This document shows, piece after piece, positions 1 through 6,897 of a stretch of 24,567 nt of DNA. Each line of letters begins with the position of its first letter. Within the stretch, counting starts at the first letter, position 1. A program made the position numbers and the translations under genes. Origin of the DNA: Candidatus Eiseniibacteriota bacterium (lineage in GTDB: Bacteria > Eisenbacteria > RBG-16-71-46 > SZUA-252); the NCBI GenBank assembly GCA_031370645.1, contig JANMQV010000021.1, positions 1 through 24,567 of the forward strand, given 5' to 3'. A model generated the notes under the pieces. The model was not told the DNA's origin and made no database searches. It saw nothing but the letters and a program-made list of their open reading frames with translations.

Positions 1-349
1 GCGCGAGCGGCTGAAAGGCATCGTCGAGCGCCTGCGAGACCATCGGGGCGGAGAACGTGCCGGTGCGACCGAGCGCGTCGATCGCCTCCCGCCGCTGCTT
101 GGAGCGCGGATCGAGATAACGCTCCACCACGCGATCGAGCGACTGAAGCGTCGCGGCGATGGGGCGCGTGGCAAGGTGCTTGGCTCGCGCCGCGCGAAGG
201 TGGTCGATCCAATGCGCGAGCGACTCCGGGGTCAGGAGCGGGAGTCGAATCTCGAGCGGCTCGGGCGGCGGCCCGAAGCGCTGAAGGGTCGTCTCCACGG
301 AACTCGCGAGCGCCCGCGGAAGGTAGAAGGCGTCGAGCGGCAGTTTCAC
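1..349 (-). CDS. Probable LuxC-family acyl-CoA reductase, N-terminal part (runs off window)
   Basis: Not in the ORF track. GTG at 349-347 overlaps the luxE-like TGA (GTGA) and the frame is open to the window edge: MKLPLDAFYLPRALASS...RPIAATLQSLDRVVERYLDPRS...GTFSAPMVSQALDDAF. Resembles LuxC-like N-termini; position next to luxE supports this. Catalytic region not visible. Confidence 0.65.
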   Translation of the reverse strand, partial: MKLPLDAFYLPRALASSVETTLQRFGPPPEPLEIRLPLLTPESLAHWIDHLRAARAKHLATRPIAATLQSLDRVVERYLDPRSKQRREAIDALGRTGTFSAPMVSQALDDAFQPLA

Positions 350-1377
350 GCGCCCCCCTCGGCGAGGAACTTCTCGAACGGGAGCGAGCAGCCGCGCGCC
401 TCGGCGCCAAGGAGGCGGCCTTCAAGATGGAGGCGGTTGCCAATGCGGAATCCGATATCTTCGGTTTGAATGGCCAGCGGGATGTCGACGTTCGCGAGGT
501 CGTAGTGCACGAGGATGCCGCGCTCTCCATCGGGTTGCTCTTCGAGCGTCTCGGGATGAAGCACGCGCGTGCGAACCCAAGGAGGAATTTGCTTCCCCGC
601 GAGGCGTGCGCGGCCTTCATGGCGCGCGAGCAAGTTGTCGTCGTAGAACTGGCTCCCCAGTTCCGCCATGCCGTACTCGTTCACGAGGTGCGATGGCGGA
701 ATGCCGAGACGGTTTGCGAACGCCGCCTCGACTTCCTCGCGCTCGTATTCGGTGCGTAGGCCCTTGGCACCGCCGGTGTCCATGGCGCGCGAGCCGGAAG
801 GAAGCGAAAACGTGCGGCCCTCACGCTCCAGGTACTCGAAGTAGGCCATGAAGAAAAGTGACGTGCCGAGGAGGAGCGTCGGCGCGCCTTGAGACTCCGC
901 GCGCTTGAGCACGGAATCCGCCTCGCTCCACCGCGGCTCCCCGCCGCGGACGAGGTAGACGGCTGCCGGGGCTAGCGTCGATACCACTTTGTCGATCATA
1001 AACCAGAGCGAGGAACGCGGGGCCTCCACGTATCGCGGCCCGAAGACGATTGCAGGAAGGCGCGCCCCGTCGGGGAGAAGATGTCGCTGGAAGCTTTGAA
1101 GCAGCGACGTCTTATAAGCCTTTGTGGAACCAAGCCGAACGAGGCCGGTTCTCGAAACCGAGGTTCCACTCGTCTCGAAAATCGCGACCTCGTCTCCGTG
1201 TGGTGCGGCGCTCATGTCGTGAGTCTTGAACGCGGACGCGGGCACCGGCGGAATGTCGCGCCAGTCCGTGACGTTGTCGGGCGTTCGGCCGAGGTAGGCG
1301 CAATATGACGCGTAAGCCTTGATACCTTTGTAGTTCTGCGCGAAGCGGAGAAGCAGATCCTCGGAGTCATGTGCCAA
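346..1377 (-). CDS. luxE: LuxE-family acyl-protein synthetase
   Basis: IPPVPASAFK, adenylation loop ETSGTS, DTGGAKG, EYGMAEL, IQTEDIG and C-terminal RGCS acylation Cys. Start moved to TTG at 1377 (GGGGGG 8 nt upstream) to avoid overlap with the LOG gene. Confidence 0.85.
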   Translation of the reverse strand: MAHDSEDLLLRFAQNYKGIKAYASYCAYLGRTPDNVTDWRDIPPVPASAFKTHDMSAAPHGDEVAIFETSGTSVSRTGLVRLGSTKAYKTSLLQSFQRHLLPDGARLPAIVFGPRYVEAPRSSLWFMIDKVVSTLAPAAVYLVRGGEPRWSEADSVLKRAESQGAPTLLLGTSLFFMAYFEYLEREGRTFSLPSGSRAMDTGGAKGLRTEYEREEVEAAFANRLGIPPSHLVNEYGMAELGSQFYDDNLLARHEGRARLAGKQIPPWVRTRVLHPETLEEQPDGERGILVHYDLANVDIPLAIQTEDIGFRIGNRLHLEGRLLGAEARGCSLPFEKFLAEGGA

Positions 1378-1382
1378 CGCGA

Positions 1383-1916
1383 CTACCCCCCGCACGCCAA
1401 CCGCGCGGCGTCGTCGGGATCGCGCGCGATCGTGATCAAACTGAGCACGGCGTCGTTCACCTCGAACCGCTGCTTCAGGAAATCCATCAGTTCCTTCCAC
1501 TGATCGCCGAGCAGCACGAGTCCCTGCGGCCCGTCGTCGCGGTCGAACATCAGCAGCGTCCAGACCCAGAACAATTCATTCAAGGTCCCGACGCCACCCG
1601 GCAAAATGATCGCCGCACGGGTTCCGCCCAGGAGGCATCGAATCCTCGCATGCAGGTCGGGCGACTCGTGCACCTCATCCAAGAAGGTGTTCGGCTTCCG
1701 CGCCTCGGAGAACCACCGAAGCGTGCACCCCACGACGCGTCCGCCTTCCGACTTCGCCCCGCTCGCCACGCCCTCCATGATCCCGCCGTACCCGCCGCAG
1801 CGAATAATCGCGCCGCGCTTCGCCAGCGCCTTTCCGAGCGACTCTGCCAGGCGGTAATGAGGCGCGGCGTTCGTGGCCCGGCTGCTGCCGAAGACGGCGA
1901 CCGACACGGCGGACAT
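1383..1916 (-). CDS. LOG-family nucleotide 5'-monophosphate phosphoribohydrolase
   Basis: VAVFGSS, GGYGGIME and signature PGGxGTxxE (PGGVGTLNE); SD AAGGGGAGG upstream of the ATG. Confidence 0.9.
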   Translation of the reverse strand: MSAVSVAVFGSSRATNAAPHYRLAESLGKALAKRGAIIRCGGYGGIMEGVASGAKSEGGRVVGCTLRWFSEARKPNTFLDEVHESPDLHARIRCLLGGTRAAIILPGGVGTLNELFWVWTLLMFDRDDGPQGLVLLGDQWKELMDFLKQRFEVNDAVLSLITIARDPDDAARLACGG

Positions 1917-1930
1917 GATGGCCTCCCCTT

Positions 1931-1947
1931 ATGCTAGGATCGTTGCG
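1931..1947. promoter_or_regulatory. Putative bidirectional promoter with overlapping -10 hexamers
   Basis: + strand TGcTAGGAT (1932-1940) ends 7 nt before the nadE ATG at 1948; - strand TAGCAT (1936-1931) lies just upstream of the LOG SD. Only 31 bp separate the two starts. Confidence 0.5.
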
Positions 1948-3723
1948 ATGAATCCCACCCCGGCGGCGCACGATCGCGCCCGAGCCCCCCGCGTGGTCCG
2001 CATCGCCCTCGCGCAGGTGAATCCTGTCGTCGGCGACCTTCCCGGAAACACCAAGAAGGTCATCGAGTTCATCGAGCGTGCCCGGTCCCAGGGTGCCGAA
2101 TTGGTGGCGTTTCCGGAACTGGTCCTCACGGGGTATCCGCCCGAGGACCTCCTCCTCCGACCGGAGTTCATCGAGCAAAACCAGGCAGCCCTGGACGAGG
2201 TGGTGCGCGCCACGCGCGGGATCACCGCCATCGTCGGCTTCGCGCAGCGCGCGGGCGACGTCTACAACGCGGCGGCCATCGCGCATGACGGTCAGATCGC
2301 TGCAGTTTATCAGAAGAGTCACCTGCCGAATTACGGCGTCTTCGACGAAGTCCGCTACTTCCGCCCGGGTCGCGACCCCTTCCTCTGTGTTCGCGGGCCG
2401 CTCCGCTTCGCCGTGAACATCTGCGAGGACATCTGGACGCCGTCCGGACCGATGGCGCTGGCGCTTTACGGCGAGGCGGAACTGGTGATCAATCTCTCGG
2501 CATCGCCGTTCCACGCCGGGAAATCGATCTCTCGCGACCGCATGCTCGCGACGCGCGCGGCAGACGGCGTGGCGTTCGTGGCGTTCGTGAATAACGTTGG
2601 CGGGCAGGACGAACTCGTCTTCGACGGAAATAGCCGGCTTTTTGGACCGCGCGGCGAGGATCTCGCGCGCGCCGCGGCATTTGAGGAAGATCTCGTGCTC
2701 TTCGATCTCGATCTCGACGCCGTGTTCCGCGCGCGGCTCAAGGACCCGAGAAGCCGCGAAGCCGCGCAGACCGACAACGGCGATTCGGCCCTTCGGTCGG
2801 TGACGCTCTCGGACATCGCGCTCTCGCCAAAGCCGGCGCTCCCGGCGCGGAAGACGCGCACGCCCGAAGGCACCGAGGAGATCTACCAGGCGCTCGTCCT
2901 CGGAACGCACGACTACATCGTGAAGAACGGCTTCAAGCGCGTGGTGCTCGGTCTGTCGGGAGGCGTCGACTCCGCCCTTACCGCCGCCATCGCTGCCGAC
3001 GCACTGGGCGCCGAGAACGTAACGGGCACCTTCCTGCCGTCGCCCTACACCTCCAAAGAAAGCGCCGAGGACGCGGAGGCGTTGGCGCGAAACCTCGGCC
3101 TCGACTACCGATCGCTTCCGATCGGCGATGAGATGGCGTCCTACAAGAAGACGCTCGCCACCATCTTCGCGGGCCGCCCGGAAGACACGACGGAGGAGAA
3201 TCTCCAGTCGCGCATTCGCGGCAATCTCTTGATGGCGCTCTCGAACAAGTTCGGCTGGATGGTTCTCACCACCGGCAACAAGAGCGAGTACTCCTGCGGC
3301 TACGCGACGCTCTACGGCGACATGGCGGGAGGATTCGCGGTGCTGAAGGATGTCTTCAAGACGCTGGTGTACGACCTTTCGAATTATCGGAACACGCTCG
3401 CCGGAAAACCGTGGATCCCCGAGCGCACCATCAAACGCCCGCCGACCGCGGAGTTGAAGCCGGGCCAGTTAGACACCGACTCGCTCCCCCCCTACGACGT
3501 GCTCGATCCGATTCTTCGCGCTTACGTCGAGGAGGATTGGGAGGTGGAGCGGATCATGGCGCTCGGGCACGATCGCGCGCTCGTTCGGCGTGTGATTCGG
3601 ATGGTGGACAAGGCGGAGTACAAGCGGCGCCAGGCGCCGCCCGGAATTCGCATCACGCCGAGAGCGCTCGGCAAGGATCGGCGCCTGCCGATCACGAATC
3701 GCCACCAACCCTGGCGCGACTAA
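1948..3723 (+). CDS. nadE: Glutamine-dependent NAD+ synthetase
   Basis: N-terminal nitrilase-fold glutaminase (FPEL, K-S-HLPNY, ICEDIW triad) and synthetase domain (LGLSGGVDS, ENLQSRIRG, TGNKSE, YATLYGD, PTAEL, EYKRRQAP). Start ATG 1948 (alternative GTG 1993). Confidence 0.96.
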   Translation: MNPTPAAHDRARAPRVVRIALAQVNPVVGDLPGNTKKVIEFIERARSQGAELVAFPELVLTGYPPEDLLLRPEFIEQNQAALDEVVRATRGITAIVGFAQRAGDVYNAAAIAHDGQIAAVYQKSHLPNYGVFDEVRYFRPGRDPFLCVRGPLRFAVNICEDIWTPSGPMALALYGEAELVINLSASPFHAGKSISRDRMLATRAADGVAFVAFVNNVGGQDELVFDGNSRLFGPRGEDLARAAAFEEDLVLFDLDLDAVFRARLKDPRSREAAQTDNGDSALRSVTLSDIALSPKPALPARKTRTPEGTEEIYQALVLGTHDYIVKNGFKRVVLGLSGGVDSALTAAIAADALGAENVTGTFLPSPYTSKESAEDAEALARNLGLDYRSLPIGDEMASYKKTLATIFAGRPEDTTEENLQSRIRGNLLMALSNKFGWMVLTTGNKSEYSCGYATLYGDMAGGFAVLKDVFKTLVYDLSNYRNTLAGKPWIPERTIKRPPTAELKPGQLDTDSLPPYDVLDPILRAYVEEDWEVERIMALGHDRALVRRVIRMVDKAEYKRRQAPPGIRITPRALGKDRRLPITNRHQPWRD

Positions 3724-3729
3724 CGCCGG

Positions 3730-4401
3730 CTAAGACTTTCCCGAGGAAAACTCCCGCTCCAGAAACGCACGCGCCGCATCGACGTCGCCGCGCGTGAGGT
3801 GATGTCCCGACGGCTCGCGATGAACCGTGACGCGCGCTCCCCCGCTCTCCAGGACAGACTTGAGGTGTTGGGTCTGTTGGGGGGTTCCAAAGGGATCGGT
3901 GTCCCCCGCTGCGATCAGGACCGGAACGCCGGCCAGGCGCGGAGGCGATTTCATCTCGTAAGGCACCATCGGACGGAGAAGCACCGCGCCCTGCAGGGCG
4001 TTGCCGTGTCCGAAAAGAAGCCCTCCCGCGATGTTCGCGCCGTTCGAAAATCCGACGGCCACGATCGGCCGATCACCGAGTTCGTAGGCGCCGCGGGCCG
4101 CCACGATGAACTCGGCCAGTTCCTTGGCGCGCGCCTTGAGATCCGGAACATCGAAGACACCCTCGCTCAGCCGCCGAAAGAATCGCGGCGCGGAGCCCTC
4201 GTTGACACGACCGCGCGGACTCAGGATCGCCGCGCCATGGGAGATCATCTCACCGAGCTGCAAGAGATCGTTCTCGTCTCCGCCGGTTCCATGAAGGAGT
4301 AAGAGCACGATGCCGGAGCCTTCGACGCCATCACGCGCGGGGACGAATCGGTGAACGAATCGGGTGAGTGCTTCGGGTGCCGGAGATTCGGAGAGGGTCA
4401 T
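3730..4401 (-). CDS. Alpha/beta hydrolase, phospholipase/carboxylesterase family (MhqD-like)
   Basis: LLHGTGGDE, RFFRR, nucleophile elbow GFSNG, D-P-F and GHHLT. ATG at 4401 overlaps the upstream TGA (ATGA). Confidence 0.88.
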   Translation of the reverse strand: MTLSESPAPEALTRFVHRFVPARDGVEGSGIVLLLLHGTGGDENDLLQLGEMISHGAAILSPRGRVNEGSAPRFFRRLSEGVFDVPDLKARAKELAEFIVAARGAYELGDRPIVAVGFSNGANIAGGLLFGHGNALQGAVLLRPMVPYEMKSPPRLAGVPVLIAAGDTDPFGTPQQTQHLKSVLESGGARVTVHREPSGHHLTRGDVDAARAFLEREFSSGKS

Positions 4402-6827
4402 TTGAGTACCAGGAATGGGGTCGTGCCGCCGACGGTATCGCCGTCGGAGCGAAGGCGGGCCCAGTATCGGCCCGAAGGAACGCGGCGGCCGGCGCGATCG
4501 CGGCCGTCCCAATTGAGACGTAGCTCCGCGACGCCGGATTCAGGGGCGCCCCCAGCTGCCGCGGCGGCGGGTGTCCGCAAGGTCCGAACGACTCGTCCCT
4601 GCACGTCGAGAATATCGATCTGAGCGCTCACGCGAAGGAGTTTCACCGCACCGTAGCTCCCGGCGCCATGCGCCGTTGCCCGCGCGCGCAGAACTGCCTC
4701 CCCGCTCACGGGATTCGGGCAGACGTCGAGCCGCACACGTCCGAACGCCGGCGGCGCCTGATGCGGCTCCCGTTCCACGCCCGTCACCGTCATCGCCCCC
4801 GGGCGAAGCACCAGAATCCTCGAACTGTCGGAGACGAAAAGATCCGGGAGCGGGCCGGCCGTCGGTTCAAACGCGAGGGCCGTCGGTCCGCCTGCGGGAT
4901 TTTGGAAGTGCGCGCGCTCGAGCGGCAGGCCGCTGGGCCAATTGGAGCCACGGGCGAGCGTCACGGGGGCGGTGTAAGGCGCGGCCGCCGCCGGCGTCAC
5001 GAGATCGAGCGCGGCGCGGCCCGGCGCCTGAAATAGCGCGACACCGCCGCTCGACTGCGCCGCGGCGATCACGCCAGTCCAGGCCGTCGCCACACCGCAC
5101 GGGGAACCTGACGTCTGCTGCGCCAGGATGAGTCCCGACGTCCCCACCAGCGGAACGCGCGCGATCTGAAGGCCCCCACCTGCCGCGGCGATGGCCACGT
5201 ACGTGCTCTCACGCGAATGGGCGATCCAAGCGACATCGCGTGCATAGGGCGATCCCCACGCGGTCGAGAGAGGCACGCCCGCTCGAGGGGTGAACGCCGC
5301 TGTCGTCGGTACGCCGCCACCTAGAACCACATCCGCGACGGCGAGTCCCGCCGCACCATCCGCCACCGCGAGCGTCACCGAAGCGCCGCCTCCGCGCACT
5401 TCCACGTCGAGAGCGTTCCCTGGCGTGCTCCAGGTACCCGCCACGACCGGAAGGCCCGAGAGCGAATCGATCGCGGCGGAAATGTCGATCGCCACGATCC
5501 CTGCTCCGGTTCCGACGACCGTCGAAAACGGATCGAACGTACCGCCCACCGGAACCGAGCCGGTATCGGCATCGGCCACGAACGCCACGACGCGTCCCGA
5601 TGGCGCAACGGTCCATGCCACGTCGGTGGCGAAGCCCGGCAGCGGGATCGTCCGGAGAATGCGATCGTCCACGCCATTCTGATCGGAGTCGAAGAAATCC
5701 TCCCACGATCCGAAGATCGGATCCTCGATCACGCGAAGATCGAGCAGCATGAGACCGGCGCGCCCCGCGGCGAGAAGCCCGACGTCCAGTGTCTCGCCTC
5801 CCGCCGCGACGAACCCGGGTACGACCGAAAGCGCGGCGGCGAAGGAAGGAATCCGGAATGTTCCAACCAATCGATCGTCACCGCCGTCGCCGTCGGCATC
5901 GGTGAGACCGATCGAATCGGTCGAGGTCACACGGAAGACTTCGATGCCACCCAATCCCTCCGGCGCCAGCCAGGCGCCGCGGTTCGAAAGAAGCGCGGGG
6001 CCGTCGCGTCCCGTCGCGCCTTGGTCGAGCGGCGTGACGCCGATCGGCCGAAGCGCCATGGGAAGCGAATCGGGATTTGCGCTCTCTACGATCGCGAGCG
6101 CCGTCGCAGTCGAAATCCCGCCCGAGCTCGTGAGGCTGACCTGGTAGGCGTTGGAGTTCCCCGCCCAAGCATTTCCCGCAAGCGTTCCGGCAACGTTGAG
6201 CGGAACGGTGCCGCCACCCGGAACGAATAGAGTCGAGGGGACCGAACCACCCGGCGGGAAGAGGACGCCGATATTGTTCGGATCGGGATTCGACTTCCCC
6301 GCGGTGACGACGACGGTTTCGGACCCGCCGGTTCTGCTTCGAACCGAGAACGCTGCCACTCCCGATGTGCCTCCCGCGCCCGACCAGGTCGGAGTGAGGG
6401 GCCAGATTTCGGGGCGGCCGTCGGTGGCGGCAATGATCGAAGACGTTACCTTCGCCCCGAGGGTTCCACCGTTCGCATAGACGACCGATATCGAAACGCT
6501 GCCGAGGCCGAGCGAAGCGGGGGGGACGGCGACCAAGAGCGGGATGCGAGCGATCGTTCCCGCCTGGAGAACGAGCGCCCCAGACGAAGGCGTCACGGTG
6601 GAGAGAAATCCGCCGGAACTCGCGGCGGTCCACTGGACGGATGCGGACGCGCCCTCGGCGCGCAGCACTAGTTCCAGCGTCGCCGAGCTGCCGGGGGCGA
6701 TGGTCGCGCCGGGGAACCAAGCGGTGATCGGGCGCGGCGGGATCCACTCGCTGGCGTGGGCGCGAAGTGGCAACATCGACGCGGGCAACGCCGCCAGCAT
6801 TGCCGCGACGACGATCCACCGGCGCAA
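4398..6827 (-). CDS. Secreted protein: Ig-like N-terminal domains, LVIVD-like beta-propeller repeats, C-terminal FlgD-Ig/T9SS-CTD-like domain
   Basis: Signal peptide if started at TTG 6827 (MRRWIVVAAMLAALPASMLPLRAHA). Repeats AAGRAGLMLLDL, AGIVAIDIS, ADGAAGLAVADV, AAAGGGLQIARV. Tail PNPVSG...ILDVQGRVVRTL...WDGRDRAGRRVPSGRYWARL. The ORF-track start at 6893 would read through a terminator hairpin. Confidence 0.75.
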   Translation of the reverse strand: MRRWIVVAAMLAALPASMLPLRAHASEWIPPRPITAWFPGATIAPGSSATLELVLRAEGASASVQWTAASSGGFLSTVTPSSGALVLQAGTIARIPLLVAVPPASLGLGSVSISVVYANGGTLGAKVTSSIIAATDGRPEIWPLTPTWSGAGGTSGVAAFSVRSRTGGSETVVVTAGKSNPDPNNIGVLFPPGGSVPSTLFVPGGGTVPLNVAGTLAGNAWAGNSNAYQVSLTSSGGISTATALAIVESANPDSLPMALRPIGVTPLDQGATGRDGPALLSNRGAWLAPEGLGGIEVFRVTSTDSIGLTDADGDGGDDRLVGTFRIPSFAAALSVVPGFVAAGGETLDVGLLAAGRAGLMLLDLRVIEDPIFGSWEDFFDSDQNGVDDRILRTIPLPGFATDVAWTVAPSGRVVAFVADADTGSVPVGGTFDPFSTVVGTGAGIVAIDISAAIDSLSGLPVVAGTWSTPGNALDVEVRGGGASVTLAVADGAAGLAVADVVLGGGVPTTAAFTPRAGVPLSTAWGSPYARDVAWIAHSRESTYVAIAAAGGGLQIARVPLVGTSGLILAQQTSGSPCGVATAWTGVIAAAQSSGGVALFQAPGRAALDLVTPAAAAPYTAPVTLARGSNWPSGLPLERAHFQNPAGGPTALAFEPTAGPLPDLFVSDSSRILVLRPGAMTVTGVEREPHQAPPAFGRVRLDVCPNPVSGEAVLRARATAHGAGSYGAVKLLRVSAQIDILDVQGRVVRTLRTPAAAAAGGAPESGVAELRLNWDGRDRAGRRVPSGRYWARLRSDGDTVGGTTPFLVLK

Positions 6828-6838
6828 GAAGACCCCCG

Positions 6839-6874
6839 AAAAGAAGCGGGGGCCGGCGGTACGCGCCGGCCCCC
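6839..6874 (-). terminator. Intrinsic terminator after the matrixin gene
   Basis: - strand GGGGGCCGGCG-CGTAC-CGCCGGCCCCC (11-bp stem) followed by GCTTCTTTT, ~23 nt after the stop at 6898. Confidence 0.7.
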
Positions 6875-6897
6875 CGAGTAACTGGAAGATCACGAGA

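Noticed and set aside
1-1377. Bioluminescence (lux operon)
   Set aside because: No luciferase or luxD in the window; LuxE/LuxC homologues are widespread in non-luminous bacteria.
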